Shown here piece by piece: positions 31,551 through 43,582 of a DNA stretch of 64,000 nt. Made by a program: the position numbers and the translations under genes. A model generated the notes under the pieces. That model saw nothing but the letters and a program-made list of their open reading frames with translations, made no database searches and had not been told where the DNA came from. The stretch spans positions 2,112,001 to 2,176,000 of the forward strand of contig CAXXNF010000002.1 in the NCBI GenBank assembly GCA_963666365.2, given 5' to 3'. Source of the DNA: Syntrophales bacterium. GTDB taxonomy: Bacteria > Desulfobacterota > Syntrophia > Syntrophales > UBA2210. Position 1 is the stretch's first letter; every line of letters begins with the position of its first letter.

Positions 31551-34367
31551 AGCCCTCTCCTTCAACACAGTGCGGAGGAACTGGCCCGTAATCGATTCGG
31601 CGCAATGCCGCACTTCTTCCGGCGTCCCGCAGGCGACAATCCTTCCTCCTCCTTCCCCTCCTTCGGGTCCCATATCGATGATATAGTCGGCGCATTTTAT
31701 CACATCGAGATTGTGCTCTATCACCACCACGGTATTCCCCATATCCACCAGCCGCATGAGGACGGAAAGCAGCTTCGCGATATCGGCGAAGTGCAGGCCG
31801 ATAGTGGGTTCGTCGAGCACGTAGAGGGTGTTGCTGGTCTGCCGCTTGCCCAGCTCGCGGGACAGTTTGATCCGCTGAGCCTCCCCCCCTGAAAGGGTCG
31901 TGGCCGACTGGCCGAGTCTGACATAACCGAGCCCCACATCCGCCAAAAGCTCCAGCTTGGTGTTGATGACCGGGATATGCGCAAAAAATGCCTGGGCCTG
32001 ATCAACGGTCATATCCAACACATCGGCAATGCTTTTTCCCTTGTACCGCACCTCCAGAGTGTCCCGGTTGAATCTTCGTCCTCCGCAGACATCGCAGGTC
32101 ACATACACGTCAGGAAGAAAATGCATCTCGATCCGTTTCAACCCGTCGCCCTGACAGGATTCACAGCGCCCTCCTTTGACATTGAAGCTGAACCTCCCCG
32201 GCCTGTAGCCCCGCATCTTCGCCTCGGGAAGGCGGCTGAAAAGGTCGCGGATGTGGGTAAACACACCCGTATAGGTTGCAGGATTCGACCGGGGTGTGCG
32301 CCCGATCGGCTGCTGATCCATGACAATAGCCCGCTCGATGCCGCCGAAATCCCTGATGCGGCGTATTTTCCCCGTTCTGCCCCTGTAGCGGTTCAAACGC
32401 CTTCTGAGCGCCTTGTAAAGCGTTTCGATTACCATGGTGCTCTTCCCCGACCCCGACACACCGGTCACACAGGTAAAAAGCCCGCAGGGAATGCGTATTT
32501 CAACATCTTTTAAATTATTTTCCGAGGCGCCTTCAATGACCACATACCGATCCGAGAGGGAACGCCTTCGTTCGGGCGGGGGAATCGACAGAGCCCCCGA
32601 AAGGTATCTTCCGGTGAGCGATGCTTCGGACTTTCGCACCTGTGAGGGAGTCCCGTGAACGACCACCTTGCCGCCCTCTTCACCTGCCCCTGGACCCATG
32701 TCGATAATGTAGTCGGAGGCATTCATCACGGCAGCATCATGTTCAACCACGAGCACCGTGTTTCCCATATCTCTCAACCGCAGCAGGGTTGATATGAGGC
32801 GGGCGCTGTCCCGCGGGTGAAGCCCGATGGTAGGTTCATCAAGCACATACAGCACGCCTACCAGCCCTGAACCGATCTGAGTGGCCAGTCTGATTCGTTG
32901 CCATTCACCTCCTGAAAGCGTGCCCGATGAACGGCTGAGGCTCAAATAATTCATCCCCACATCGAGAAGGAACTGAAGCCGCGCCTTTATCTCTTTTTGA
33001 ATCCTCCCGGATATAACCATTTCCTGTTCAGACAGTACAAGCCCTTCGAAAAACTCCATACACCTGCCGATAGACATGCGGCACACGTCATGAATATTCT
33101 TTCCCGCCACCGTTACCGAAAGGCTCTCCCGCCGCAGACGCGCCCCTTCGCAAAGGGGGCAATCGGTAATGTTCATATAACGGGCAAGTTCCATCCTCAC
33201 CTCGTGCGACTCTGCCTCACGGTAGCGCCGATCGAGGTTGGGCATCACGCCTTCAAAGATCCTGCGGTAGAAATGACGCCGTCCCCTTCTGTCAAACCAG
33301 AACTCGATTTCCTCATCGCCGGACCCGTACAGCAATACTTTGCGAATCCGATCGGGCAACTGGTTGAAAGGCGTATTCACGTCGAAACCGTAGTGTGCCG
33401 AAAGCGACTCCAGCATCTGATAAAAATAGAGTGAGTTCCTCTTCTCCCAGGGAGCGATGGCCCCCTCTCTAATGGAAAGTCCGGGATCGGGTACGATCAT
33501 ATTTTCATCAAAATATATCTTCGTACCCAACCCCCCGCAGTCGGGGCAGGCCCCGTAGGGACTATTGAAAGAAAACGTGCGCGGCGCCACTTCAGCAATG
33601 CTTATGCCGCAGTGGGGACAGGCATAGTGTTCACTGAAGATCATTTCATCGGCGTTATCAACAATCACTTTGATAAGCCCCTCGGAAAGACCGAGACCGG
33701 TTTCAAGGGAATCGGTGAGTCTCCCGCGAAGCCCCTCCTTGACGATGAGGCGATCGACCACTACATCTATGTCATGGCGCTTGTTCTTGTCGAGAGAGAT
33801 CTCCTCCGCCAGATCCCTGAGTTCTCCATCTATGGACACTCTGGCAAAGCCCCCCTTGCGAAGTCCCGCCAACTCCCGCTGGAACTCCCCCTTCTTCCCC
33901 TTGGCAACAGGCGCTAGTATCTGGATTCGGGTCATTTCGGGGAGTGCCAGGATTTGCCCTGCCATCATGTCCACTGTCTGCGAACGAATCTCACGACCGC
34001 ATTTGTAGCAGTGAGGCACACCGATTCTGGCAAAGAGAAGACGAAGGTAGTCGTATATCTCCGTTACCGTGCCGACCGTCGAGCGGGGATTGTGACTGGC
34101 AGCCCGCTGCTCGATGGCAATTGCGGGAGAAAGCCCCTCTATAGATTCCACCTCAGGTTTGTCCATCTGACCGATGAACTGACGGGCGTAAGTAGAAAGG
34201 GATTCCACATACCGGCGCTGCCCCTCGGCATAGACGGTATCGAAGGCAAGGGAAGATTTTCCCGAACCGCTCACCCCGGTAATAACCACTATTTTATCTC
34301 TGGGAATATTGACGTGTACATTCTTAAGATTGTGCTGGCAGGCGCCGCGGATTTTGATATATTTCAT
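31485..34367 (-). CDS. uvrA: excinuclease ABC subunit A
   Basis: Two GVSGSGKS Walker A motifs, Zn fingers, two LSGGE motifs. Confidence 0.97.
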   Translation of the reverse strand: MKYIKIRGACQHNLKNVHVNIPRDKIVVITGVSGSGKSSLAFDTVYAEGQRRYVESLSTYARQFIGQMDKPEVESIEGLSPAIAIEQRAASHNPRSTVGTVTEIYDYLRLLFARIGVPHCYKCGREIRSQTVDMMAGQILALPEMTRIQILAPVAKGKKGEFQRELAGLRKGGFARVSIDGELRDLAEEISLDKNKRHDIDVVVDRLIVKEGLRGRLTDSLETGLGLSEGLIKVIVDNADEMIFSEHYACPHCGISIAEVAPRTFSFNSPYGACPDCGGLGTKIYFDENMIVPDPGLSIREGAIAPWEKRNSLYFYQMLESLSAHYGFDVNTPFNQLPDRIRKVLLYGSGDEEIEFWFDRRGRRHFYRRIFEGVMPNLDRRYREAESHEVRMELARYMNITDCPLCEGARLRRESLSVTVAGKNIHDVCRMSIGRCMEFFEGLVLSEQEMVISGRIQKEIKARLQFLLDVGMNYLSLSRSSGTLSGGEWQRIRLATQIGSGLVGVLYVLDEPTIGLHPRDSARLISTLLRLRDMGNTVLVVEHDAAVMNASDYIIDMGPGAGEEGGKVVVHGTPSQVRKSEASLTGRYLSGALSIPPPERRRSLSDRYVVIEGASENNLKDVEIRIPCGLFTCVTGVSGSGKSTMVIETLYKALRRRLNRYRGRTGKIRRIRDFGGIERAIVMDQQPIGRTPRSNPATYTGVFTHIRDLFSRLPEAKMRGYRPGRFSFNVKGGRCESCQGDGLKRIEMHFLPDVYVTCDVCGGRRFNRDTLEVRYKGKSIADVLDMTVDQAQAFFAHIPVINTKLELLADVGLGYVRLGQSATTLSGGEAQRIKLSRELGKRQTSNTLYVLDEPTIGLHFADIAKLLSVLMRLVDMGNTVVVIEHNLDVIKCADYIIDMGPEGGEGGGRIVACGTPEEVRHCAESITGQFLRTVLKERASAIEPVHGNVPVYGVGHEIAN

Positions 34368-34425
34368 AATTACAGTCTGTCATGCGTAAAAATTTCCTTA
34401 CCTCAAAAACAGCCCTTTACGATTT

Positions 34426-35403
34426 TTACAGCCGTATGTCTATATGGGCCTTTTCCACCAACTCGTCGATCCACTCCATGAACTTCGCTTCCATGCGCTG
34501 GTTGCCGATCTCCGAAATGATCTCTTCACGCACTTCTTCAAGCGGTTTGGCGCCGATGCCTCTCTTGTCGGCTATTCTGAGAATGTGGAACCCCACCGGG
34601 GATTCCACGACATCGCTGACCTCGCCTTTTTCCAGCGAAAAGGCAACCTTTTCAACCTCGGGGACGATCATTCCCTTTTCTATAAACCCCAGATCCCCCC
34701 CTTCTTCAGAGGCGGGCCCCTGTGAATATTGGCGCGCCAAAAGATCAAACCGTTCTCCCGCCCTTATTTTTCCCAATACCATTTCGGCGCGCGACCTCAA
34801 TCTTACCTTGGTTGCCTCGTCGGCATCGCGGGGAATTACGACAAGAATCTGTGCGATTCTCACCGATTCTTTTCCCTCGTATTTCTCCCGGTGTTCTTTA
34901 TAATACCTGCCGATATCCTCGTCAGAAACGGCAATTTTTGACCGAATCTCTCTGCGCACAAGTTTCGCGCGCATTATTTCCCTGCGTATATCATCCCTAT
35001 ACTTCTCGTAGGACATATTTTCCTTCGCCAGGACGTCCAGCAGATCTTTTTTGGTCGCCTTTTTTTCCGCCAACCTGTCCTCGATAACTGCATCGATTTC
35101 CTTGTCGCCTACCGTAACACTCAGCCTTTTTGCTTCCTGTTCTATAAGGATGTCGCGGATCAATCTATCCAGCAGCGATTTCTTTGCTTGATCCCTTATC
35201 TTTTCATTCATTTTCGCACGGTCATCGGCCTTAATTCGCGCAAGAATGGGTTCATACACCTCGTTGAGTTCGGAAAGGGTTATCACGTCGTCATTGACGA
35301 CTGCCACTACTCTATCTTCGAAGGCATCCAACGGGCGCACAAAGGAGGCACACAAGAAAATCCCGGCAATCAGCATAGCCCATGTCCTTAACTTCATCGG
35401 CAT
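34426..35403 (-). CDS. SurA-like peptidyl-prolyl isomerase
   Basis: DRVVAVVNDDVIT, GGDLGF, GFHIL. Confidence 0.88.
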   Translation of the reverse strand: MPMKLRTWAMLIAGIFLCASFVRPLDAFEDRVVAVVNDDVITLSELNEVYEPILARIKADDRAKMNEKIRDQAKKSLLDRLIRDILIEQEAKRLSVTVGDKEIDAVIEDRLAEKKATKKDLLDVLAKENMSYEKYRDDIRREIMRAKLVRREIRSKIAVSDEDIGRYYKEHREKYEGKESVRIAQILVVIPRDADEATKVRLRSRAEMVLGKIRAGERFDLLARQYSQGPASEEGGDLGFIEKGMIVPEVEKVAFSLEKGEVSDVVESPVGFHILRIADKRGIGAKPLEEVREEIISEIGNQRMEAKFMEWIDELVEKAHIDIRL

Positions 35404-35492
35404 CCCTCACGTTCGTTTATTAGGAGAAATGTGCACTTGTATCAGAATCCCGGCCATTATTCAATGCAAATTGGCGTCACTGAGGGCGCCTT

Positions 35493-38400
35493 CTATTGAC
35501 AATGGGTTTCGGTCAACAGACGAATCAATCCCCTCGCCTCTTCCACTCTTCCCTTTTCGCCAAGCTGCGGCCTTACCACTGTAAGCCGGTTATCCGCCGA
35601 AAAGTGCATTCCGGACCCCTTTCTATTGACGAGTTCCACTATCCGCAGAGGATCCACGGCAGTATCGGGAGAAAAGAGAATGGAAAAGCATTTGCCGTCA
35701 TATCTCAGCTCCCGGACTTTTATGTGCTTGAGCAGAAGCTTTATCCGGATAATATCGATCAGGGCATATACCTCTTCGGGAACGGGTCCATAGCGGTCGG
35801 CAAGTTCCTCCCCTATATCGTCAAGTTCTTCTTCGGAGGCTGCCATTGACAATTTTTTGTACATAATTAAACGATCATGGGTATCAACAATAAAATCATC
35901 CGGAATAAAGGCGGCAACACCCAGGTGAATTTCGGGCTGCCATGTCGCCTCAGTCGGCGTTTCGCCCCGCAGCTCTCGAATCGCCTGTTCCATCAATTCC
36001 ATGTACAGTTCATAGCCCACCGCCGATACGTGGCCCGATTGGGATACCCCCACGATGTTTCCGGCGCCCCTTATTTCAAGATCATAGGCGGCTACTTTGA
36101 ACCCCGAACCGGGTGCCGAGAACTCCCGGGCCACGCGCAGCCTTTTTCGGGCATCTTTCGTCAAAACGGCCCCCTTGGGTACCAGCAGATAGGCGAAGGC
36201 CTGTTCCCTGGCCCGACCCACCCGCCCGCGCAGCTGGTAGAGCTGGGAGAGTCCGAAGCGGTCGGCGCGATTGATCACAATCGTATTCGCCGTCGCTATA
36301 TCGACACCGGCGCCCACTATGGTCGTACAGACCAGCACATCGATCTCCTTTTTGAGGAACCCGACCATTATCTCTTCAAGCTCTTTCGGGGGCATCTGAC
36401 CATGGGCAACTCCCACCCGCGCCTCCGGCACGATTCGACGCACCGCATGGGCCATCCCCTCTATGGACTGCACCCGGTCATGGATAAAAAACACCTGTCC
36501 CCCCCGCGCGCGTTCCAGTTCAAGGGCATCCCGAATGAGATCCTCATCGAATTCAGCCACATACACCTTGACTTCCTGCCGATCCTCCGGGGGAGTGTCT
36601 ATTACCGAAAGATCCCGCAAGCCGGCCAGTGAAAGCTGCATCGTCCTTGGAATCGGCGTGGCGGTGAGCGTTAATACGTCAACAAGGGTCCTGAGCTTCT
36701 TCAGCTTTTCTTTGTGGGCAACACCGAAACGCTGCTCCTCATCGACTATCACAAGCCCCAGATCCTTGAAGACCAGGTCCTTCTGAAGAATCCGGTGGGT
36801 CCCGATTACCACGTCAACCAGCCCCTTGTTCACATCGGCAATGATCCTGTTCTGTTCTTTCTTCGTCTTGAAACGGTTGAGCACCTCCACCCGAAAGGGG
36901 TAGTCGGCAAAACGCCGTGCGAAGGTTCGATAGTGCTGCTCTGCAAGAATCGTCGTCGGAACCAGAACGGCCACCTGTTTTCCATCCATGGCAGCCCTGA
37001 ATGACGCCCTCAGGGCGACCTCCGTTTTGCCGAATCCGGCATCGCCGCAGATAAGACGGTCCATGGGCTTGACATCGTCCATGTCCTCGTTCACTTCTTC
37101 AATCGCCCTGGCCTGATCGGGCGTTTCCTCATATTCGAAGGATGAGCAAAATTCATCGTAATATCGACTGCTTCTGGCGTAGCTGTGTCCTTCCATCACC
37201 TCACGGGCGGCGTAGAGGGCAACCAGTTCCTCGGCAATCCTGCGAACCGATTCCCTGGCACGCTTTTTTACGGCATCCCAGGAGGTTCCTCCCAAGCGGT
37301 CAATCCCGGGTTGTTGTCCGTCGGGACCGATATACCGCTGGATCTGGTCGAGCCGATCCACCGGGATATACAATCTGTCGCCCCCGAGATATTCGATAAG
37401 GAGAAAATCGTTCTCGATTGCACCCACAGAAAGCCGGTTCAGCCCGCGATACAGACCGACGCCATGATCCACGTGAACAATGTAATCCCCCTCTTTCAGT
37501 TCACCGAAGGATTTTAAGAAATACCCCTCCCGCGCCCTGCCCTTCCTCCTGCGCTTGATTTTCTGTCCGAATACATCATTCTGAGATATCAGAACGAGTT
37601 TCAAATCACGATACTCAAATCCCTCCGACAGGGCGCCGGCCTTTACAAGCAGGCGCCCCGATCCACCCTGTTGCGCCAAATCGGTAAAAAGCGGAAGCGA
37701 GGATTTTTCCACGGGAAGGGAGTAGCCCTGAAAAAGGTGCATAATCCTGGGCCCCTCTTCTTCCCCGCATACAAATGCAACCAGCGTCCCGTCCCTGAGC
37801 CATTCTCTTACCCGTTCCACGAAGGGCGCCAGAAGGCCCTGGTCCGGTTCGGGAATATGCATATTTCTTTTCAATCCGGCCGTGGATTCAACGGAAAAGG
37901 CAAAGGAATGCGTTGTTTCGCGGTCATGCATTGTATGGAGAAAGAGACGCTGAAGATCCTTGTGCTCCGAGAAAAGCGCATCGATCGTAGTAAAATGGGA
38001 ATCCCCATCGAGATAAAACCGTTCCTCCGCCCGCGCCTTTTCGAAGAACCGTTCTATACGACCGTAGACCTCCATCTCGCCGTCATGTATGCCCTGGTCG
38101 TCGAACAGGGCGACAATGCTCTTTTTCGGGAGGTAATCAAAAAGCGTATCGAGCTTTCGGCAGGCGGTGTTACCGCCCTCTTCAGATATGATGTCATAAT
38201 AGAGGGGAAGAAGCTGAATGCCCGCAGACGAGAAAATGTCGCCCTGTTCCATAAGATCGGCCAGGTAATCCCGACGTTGGCGTGAAACGTCCAGTGCGTG
38301 AGATCTGATCCGAAGATTCTTCAGGGCCCGTTCTTTTGTTTCATTTGTGACCACAATCTCGGAGGCGGGGGCAATCACAAAAGATTCGACGGTCCCCCGG

Positions 38401-39056
38401 GATCGTTGCGACTCGGGATCGAATGTCCTGATCGAATCTATGTCGTCGCCGTAAAACTCCAGTCTCAGGGGAAGCGGGCTCGTCACCGGAAATATGTCCA
38501 TGATATAGCCCCGCTGGCTGAACTCCCCCGTCTCCTCCACCAGTGAAACCCTCTGGTACCCTCCATGGAGAAGCTTGTTCGCCAGTCCTTCGCGGGAGTA
38601 AGTATCGCCCGCGGCAATTATTTCAAGGTATTCTCCCAGCACCGCGAGAGGCATTACACGCTGTATAAGCGCTCCCACCGGGGCCACCACCACGGAGGGG
38701 CGACCGGCATAGAGGCGCGACAGAACCGCGATACGCGCCCTCATCGTCTCCTGTTGAAACGAAAGAATATCGTCGGAGGTAAGCAGTCTGAGATCCCAGG
38801 CGGGGTGCAAAAGGACATCTTCAGGATCGAGGAAAAACTGCAGGTCCTGATAGACCTGCGCCGCCTTTTTCTGCGATTCCGCGACCACCACTACCGATTT
38901 GCCGACCCTCCTGAAGAGAAGTGCACAGAGAAAGGCGCTTGAGGCCCCTTGAAGGCCCCGGAGAGAAAGATCCTGCTCGCCCTGAAGTGCGGCATCTATG
39001 AACGAGTTGAGAACGGGATCGGACGCAAGATGTCTTCTTTCTACTTTTTTTCTCAT
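35493..39056 (-). CDS. mfd: transcription-repair coupling factor
   Basis: CarD/TRCF region, GDAGFGKTE, DEEQRFG, TATPIPRT, QLRGRVGR. Confidence 0.97.
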   Translation of the reverse strand: MRKKVERRHLASDPVLNSFIDAALQGEQDLSLRGLQGASSAFLCALLFRRVGKSVVVVAESQKKAAQVYQDLQFFLDPEDVLLHPAWDLRLLTSDDILSFQQETMRARIAVLSRLYAGRPSVVVAPVGALIQRVMPLAVLGEYLEIIAAGDTYSREGLANKLLHGGYQRVSLVEETGEFSQRGYIMDIFPVTSPLPLRLEFYGDDIDSIRTFDPESQRSRGTVESFVIAPASEIVVTNETKERALKNLRIRSHALDVSRQRRDYLADLMEQGDIFSSAGIQLLPLYYDIISEEGGNTACRKLDTLFDYLPKKSIVALFDDQGIHDGEMEVYGRIERFFEKARAEERFYLDGDSHFTTIDALFSEHKDLQRLFLHTMHDRETTHSFAFSVESTAGLKRNMHIPEPDQGLLAPFVERVREWLRDGTLVAFVCGEEEGPRIMHLFQGYSLPVEKSSLPLFTDLAQQGGSGRLLVKAGALSEGFEYRDLKLVLISQNDVFGQKIKRRRKGRAREGYFLKSFGELKEGDYIVHVDHGVGLYRGLNRLSVGAIENDFLLIEYLGGDRLYIPVDRLDQIQRYIGPDGQQPGIDRLGGTSWDAVKKRARESVRRIAEELVALYAAREVMEGHSYARSSRYYDEFCSSFEYEETPDQARAIEEVNEDMDDVKPMDRLICGDAGFGKTEVALRASFRAAMDGKQVAVLVPTTILAEQHYRTFARRFADYPFRVEVLNRFKTKKEQNRIIADVNKGLVDVVIGTHRILQKDLVFKDLGLVIVDEEQRFGVAHKEKLKKLRTLVDVLTLTATPIPRTMQLSLAGLRDLSVIDTPPEDRQEVKVYVAEFDEDLIRDALELERARGGQVFFIHDRVQSIEGMAHAVRRIVPEARVGVAHGQMPPKELEEIMVGFLKKEIDVLVCTTIVGAGVDIATANTIVINRADRFGLSQLYQLRGRVGRAREQAFAYLLVPKGAVLTKDARKRLRVAREFSAPGSGFKVAAYDLEIRGAGNIVGVSQSGHVSAVGYELYMELMEQAIRELRGETPTEATWQPEIHLGVAAFIPDDFIVDTHDRLIMYKKLSMAASEEELDDIGEELADRYGPVPEEVYALIDIIRIKLLLKHIKVRELRYDGKCFSILFSPDTAVDPLRIVELVNRKGSGMHFSADNRLTVVRPQLGEKGRVEEARGLIRLLTETHCQ

Positions 39057-39076
39057 GAGAAAAAAATCTTCGACAT

Positions 39077-39985
39077 CTAGGAAATCGACAGCATACGCTC
39101 CAGCGCCCGGTAGGCGGGAACTCGGATTTCCTCGGGAACTGTCACTGCGTGCTTCATCTCCCGGAGAGAATCACGGATGTCTTCAAGCCTGATCTTTTTC
39201 ATGTCATTACAGATCAGATGATCCGATGCGGGGATGAAGGTCTTTTCGGGATTGCGCTTTTTCAGCTGATGCATGATGCCCATTTCGGTTCCCACAATGA
39301 TTTCCCGGACATCTGCTGTACCGGCAAACTCTATGATACCGGCGGTGCTTCCCACAAAATCGGCCCTGTCGATCACCGCCTTGGCACATTCCGGATGGAC
39401 CGCCAGGAGGGCCTTCGGGAAGCGTCCCTTTACCTGCTCGATATCGGCGACGGAAAGCTGATTGTGGACATAACAGAACCCCTTCCAGGGAATGATCTTC
39501 TTGGAAGTAAAGCGGGCCGTGTAGCGGGCCAGGTTCCCATCGGGGACCATCAGAATTTCTTCCGCATCGACGGCATTGACTACCTTGACGGCATTGCCCG
39601 ACGTACAGCAGATATCGCTTTCCGCCTTCGTCTCGGCCGACGAATTTACATAGGTCACCACCACGGCGTCGGGATGTTCCTCTTTCGCCCTTTTGAGCTC
39701 CTCCAGGGTAATTTTGTCTGCCAGGGGGCATCCCGCATCGAGCACGGGCAACAGCACCGTTTTGTCCGGCGATAGAATGGCAGCGCTTTCCGCCATAAAT
39801 TGCACCCCGGCAAAAACGATCACCTCGGCATCGGTTTTGGCGGCCTCTATACTGAGGGCAAGGGAATCACCCAGAATGTCTGCGACATCCTGAATCTCGT
39901 CCCTCTGATAATAGTGAGCGAGAAGTACGGCGTTTTTTTCCCTCAACAATTCCTTAATTTCAGTCTGCATATCTGGTATATTCAT
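39077..39985 (-). CDS. nadA: quinolinate synthase
   Basis: AHYYQR, GDSLAL, YVNSS, HPEC, CNDMK; start uncertain by a few codons. Confidence 0.93.
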   Translation of the reverse strand: MNIPDMQTEIKELLREKNAVLLAHYYQRDEIQDVADILGDSLALSIEAAKTDAEVIVFAGVQFMAESAAILSPDKTVLLPVLDAGCPLADKITLEELKRAKEEHPDAVVVTYVNSSAETKAESDICCTSGNAVKVVNAVDAEEILMVPDGNLARYTARFTSKKIIPWKGFCYVHNQLSVADIEQVKGRFPKALLAVHPECAKAVIDRADFVGSTAGIIEFAGTADVREIIVGTEMGIMHQLKKRNPEKTFIPASDHLICNDMKKIRLEDIRDSLREMKHAVTVPEEIRVPAYRALERMLSIS

Positions 39986-40090
39986 CAGCACTCTCTCTAT
40001 AAAAACCGGGGTCTCTTTTTGAAGCGCCCGGCGCCTCAATGCAGGGGCTATCCGTTTTTCTGAGCATCCCCGATTCTCGCTGGCTTAAAA

Positions 40091-40180
40091 TTGATGGTTT
40101 CGTAAAACGTCACATTCCCCTCCCCTGGTGGGAGGGGATGAAGGGGAGGGGGATTTTCAGACTTTTTACAAACCCATAAA
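40091..40180. mobile_element. ~90-bp MITE-like element with imperfect terminal inverted repeats
   Basis: TTGATGGTTTCGTAAAACGTC vs reverse complement of GACTTTTTACAAACCCATAAA (17/21); internal CCCCTCCC/GGGAGGGG hairpin. Confidence 0.55.
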
Positions 40181-40329
40181 AATTACGTGTGAAACAGCGT
40201 GCCTATTTAATCAATAACCATATATAAAAAGAGTTGTTTATAACAGCCCGCTCATTTATTCAAGTGTAAAATATTGACAACATTATTGCTTTGATATATG
40301 GGATCATTCAATTCACCCTGTGAGGCACT

Positions 40330-41577
40330 ATGAAAACCGTAGAAGAAACCCTGCGACATATTCTCGATTCCGTGGTCCCGCTGGGATTGGAAAAAACAGC
40401 CATTCTCCAGACTCTCGGCCGCATTATCGGCGAGGACATCTATTCGCAGCGCGCCATCCCCCCCCGGGACAATTCCGCCATGGACGGCTATGCCCTGAGG
40501 GCCGATGACATCGCCGGCGCCACCCGCGACTGCCCGGCAGTAATTCACACCGTCGAGCACATTCCCGCAGGCTATGCCCCACAGAAGGCGCTCGCCCCCG
40601 GCCAGGCGTCACGGATCATGACGGGGGCCCCCATCCCTGACGGCGCCGACGCAGTGGTCAAGATAGAAGATGTGGAAGTTGACGGAGACCTGGTAAAAAT
40701 CTTTGCACCATCAGCCGTCGGCGATCACATAAGGCGCCGGGGAGAAGACGTCGACGAAGGGGAACTGATTATCTCTCGTGGAACCGTCATAGGCCCCGCC
40801 CACATCGGCATGCTCGCCTCAACGGGAAATGCGGTCGTAGCCGTATATCAGAAGCCGCTGATCGCCGTCATCGCCACGGGAGACGAGCTGATCGACATAG
40901 ACGGCGATGCGACATCGGGCAAGATCGTCAGCAGCAACAGTTATTCACTCTACGGACAGATCCTTCAGTGCGGCGGCATACCCATGCAACTGGGTATTGC
41001 AAGAGACACAAAGGAAGCGCTTCTTGAAAAGTTCAATGCGGCGCGGCGAGCCGACATCATCATCTCCTCGGGAGGGGTGTCGGTCGGGGATTATGATTAT
41101 GTAAAAGACGTAATGACGGAAATCGGCGTCCGGCTGGAAATAGAGAATGTCGCCCAGCGGCCGGGAAAACCCTTTACCTTCGGGACACTCGGCGCCGTTC
41201 CCGTCTTCGGTCTTCCCGGCAACCCCGTATCGGCCATGCTTTCATTCGAACAGTATGTACGCCCCATCATTCGTAAAATGACGGGGCATCAACATCTTTT
41301 CCGCAAAACAGTCAGGGCGGTCCTTGAAGAGGATATAGAGAAAAAAGCAGACCTTACCTACTTTATCAGGGGACGGGTCGTCAACCGGGACGGCCGCTTC
41401 ACCGTGGCGACCACAGGTGATCAGGGCTCGGGCATCCTTAAATCCATGGTCCTGGCAAACGGCATCATCGTGCTGCCCCGCGGCGTCAAAAAAGTGAAAA
41501 AGGGGGAAAAGGTAACCGTCCAGCTCATGGACGACTCGCTCCTTTCAACACTGAAACCGGAATACATCCCCTTCTGA
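40330..41577 (+). CDS. moeA: molybdopterin molybdotransferase
   Basis: SAMDGYA, RIMTGAP, TGDEL, SGGVSVG, LPGNPVS. Confidence 0.95.
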   Translation: MKTVEETLRHILDSVVPLGLEKTAILQTLGRIIGEDIYSQRAIPPRDNSAMDGYALRADDIAGATRDCPAVIHTVEHIPAGYAPQKALAPGQASRIMTGAPIPDGADAVVKIEDVEVDGDLVKIFAPSAVGDHIRRRGEDVDEGELIISRGTVIGPAHIGMLASTGNAVVAVYQKPLIAVIATGDELIDIDGDATSGKIVSSNSYSLYGQILQCGGIPMQLGIARDTKEALLEKFNAARRADIIISSGGVSVGDYDYVKDVMTEIGVRLEIENVAQRPGKPFTFGTLGAVPVFGLPGNPVSAMLSFEQYVRPIIRKMTGHQHLFRKTVRAVLEEDIEKKADLTYFIRGRVVNRDGRFTVATTGDQGSGILKSMVLANGIIVLPRGVKKVKKGEKVTVQLMDDSLLSTLKPEYIPF

Positions 41578-41643
41578 TATCGGCACAACGGCGCAACATC
41601 CTTATTGACAGGGTCGAAGATTTTCTGTATTGATCCGCTATGC

Positions 41644-41741
41644 GGAAGTGCCAAGGTCACTGGTGGGCCTCCCGGACTTCAAATCCGGTGTGGGGGGCTA
41701 GTACCCTCCCAGGTGGGTTCGATTCCCATGCACTTCCGCCA
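41644..41741 (+). tRNA. selC: tRNA-Sec (UCA)
   Basis: GGAAGTG/CACTTCC acceptor stem with GCCA end, CCGGA-CTTCAAA-TCCGG anticodon arm, long variable arm, GTTCGATTC T-loop; TTGACA at 41605. Confidence 0.95.
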
Positions 41742-41806
41742 ATCATTTCAATATGTTAGCGTTCAGCTCCTTTTTAATGTCCACACCGGATTTATCCATT
41801 AGCACA

Positions 41807-42877
41807 TTATTGTGATAAAATTGTGATAGATTTTTGCGCTTCCTGCAAAACCGATTGTCGCTCCCTTGAAGCTTCATCGACTTTTTTTGCTGCAGAACGG
41901 AGATCCTCCTCGTTTATAATGTTGTATCGGTCAAATACACTCCTTGTCTTGTGACCGCTGATCTTCATTGCAACAACATCGGGAACTCCTGCTCTCGTCA
42001 TGTTTCGGACAGCTGTCCTTCGATTGTCATGCAAAAATCTCCCCACCAGCCCGGTCTTTTTACAGGCAGTATTCCAAGCTGCCTGGTAATTTCGAATCTG
42101 CTGCCCATCCCTAAAGAAGACGTAGGGACATTCCGGGTACTTTGTCTCCCTTATCTTCCACTGCAATAGAATCGTATCATAGAGTTCTCCTGTAAGAAAA
42201 ATCTCCCGACTTTCGCCATTTTTCGTCAACTCTGGAGGTAGCGTGATTTTTTCTTCAAACAGGTTGGTATGACACCATCGCAGATTAAGGATTTCCGATT
42301 TTCGCATCCCGGTAAAGTAGGCAATGGTCAAAACCGGTTTCATGTGAGCGGGTAAAGCATTTCGTAAACGAACGTACTCATCGTACTCAAAAAACCCTTG
42401 CCTGGGTTTGCTCTCCTTTAATTTCGGGATAAAAGGGGGATTCAGTACCCTGGGAGGACTTTGTCTCATCCCCAGCACAAAAATCCTGTTCAAGGCCGAG
42501 AGTTCCCTATTAATCGTCCCATTACTGGCCTTTTCTTCCTTTCTCAAAAGAATATAGTCATCTATAATACTTGATGTGATCTCAACAACTTTCATCCCGC
42601 CAAAGAAAGCTCCTAAGTGCTTAAGGCTTAATTCCGCACGATCCAGCGACCGCCTCTCGCGAATCTTATAATCTTTGATGAGTATATTGCTCAAGTCATC
42701 GAATGTTACCTTATCGAGATTCATATCGGGACGCTTTCCTTCCGCAATCTCGCCTTTCAATTTGTCAAAGATCCGCTGGGCCAGTTTTCGGTCTTCCGTC
42801 TCCGTTGACCGTCTGTACTGTTGCCCCTGATGAGTAAAACTCATCCACCAGACCGTTCCTCTCTTATAGAGCCCCAT
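41807..42877 (-). CDS. int: tyrosine integrase
   Basis: [24 protein letters not shown] catalytic set; RBS AAGGAGGT before MGLYKRG. Confidence 0.93.
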   Translation of the reverse strand: MGLYKRGTVWWMSFTHQGQQYRRSTETEDRKLAQRIFDKLKGEIAEGKRPDMNLDKVTFDDLSNILIKDYKIRERRSLDRAELSLKHLGAFFGGMKVVEITSSIIDDYILLRKEEKASNGTINRELSALNRIFVLGMRQSPPRVLNPPFIPKLKESKPRQGFFEYDEYVRLRNALPAHMKPVLTIAYFTGMRKSEILNLRWCHTNLFEEKITLPPELTKNGESREIFLTGELYDTILLQWKIRETKYPECPYVFFRDGQQIRNYQAAWNTACKKTGLVGRFLHDNRRTAVRNMTRAGVPDVVAMKISGHKTRSVFDRYNIINEEDLRSAAKKVDEASRERQSVLQEAQKSITILSQ

Positions 42878-43235
42878 CTCTGACCTCCTTTCCGAGGCCC
42901 TTGATCCGGTCTGATTTCCCGTGATCGTCATGGTAATACTTTCCCTTTTCCTCGTCAATGGTCTTGCGGATGACCTTATCGAAGTTCCCGCCATTCCTGC
43001 TGACGGGCCCTCTTCTTCTTTTCTGCACATGCGGGTCTTTCGTTTCTCCACGCCGGTGTTCTTCCAGCCAGTCATCGACCTCTTCCATCCTGAAGCGAAT
43101 AAGTCGCCCGATGCGGTAATGAGGTATGTCTCCCGCTTCAACCTTCGCATACAATGTTTTCACTTTAACCCCGAGATATGCCGAAAGCTCTGATATCGTT
43201 AGCAAACATTGGGGTTCCTTTACTTTTCCTTCCAT
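42864..43235 (-). CDS. excisionase / HTH_17 DNA-binding protein
   Basis: [31 protein letters not shown]; overlaps int start. Confidence 0.85.
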   Translation of the reverse strand: MEGKVKEPQCLLTISELSAYLGVKVKTLYAKVEAGDIPHYRIGRLIRFRMEEVDDWLEEHRRGETKDPHVQKRRRGPVSRNGGNFDKVIRKTIDEEKGKYYHDDHGKSDRIKGLGKEVRDGAL

Positions 43236-43544
43236 TTTCGATGTCTCCCATCCGGGATCGGATGGTAATTGCATCGATGGCCACCAAACTGTCCGGCGGT
43301 CTGTGTCATGGTAATTGTTTCAAAAAAATCTGATCCCTGCTGTTGTGTGTTAGTCCCATGGAAAGAGCCCCGCCAGGGCTCTCCCCTCCTACGTTATGCT
43401 TACCCTTTTGCGCACCTCCTTTTATGTCAGTACCATATATTTATACATAGAGGGACAGAATGTCAATAACATATTGTATATACTATAATATACATCATTA
43501 TAACATTATTCTACCGATATATTATTGTTAATGTTAAAATCATC

Positions 43545-43574
43545 TTGACAACCAGATAGATGAGTAAATATAAT
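43545..43574 (+). promoter_or_regulatory. consensus sigma70 promoter, probably leaderless mRNA
   Basis: TTGACA-N18-TATAAT with ATG 8 nt downstream and no SD. Confidence 0.7.
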
Positions 43575-43582
43575 GCCCTATC

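Noticed and set aside
42878..43150. N-terminal extension of the integrase in the ORF track (447 aa)
   Set aside because: It overlaps the xis gene in another frame; a strong SD precedes the ATG at 42877.
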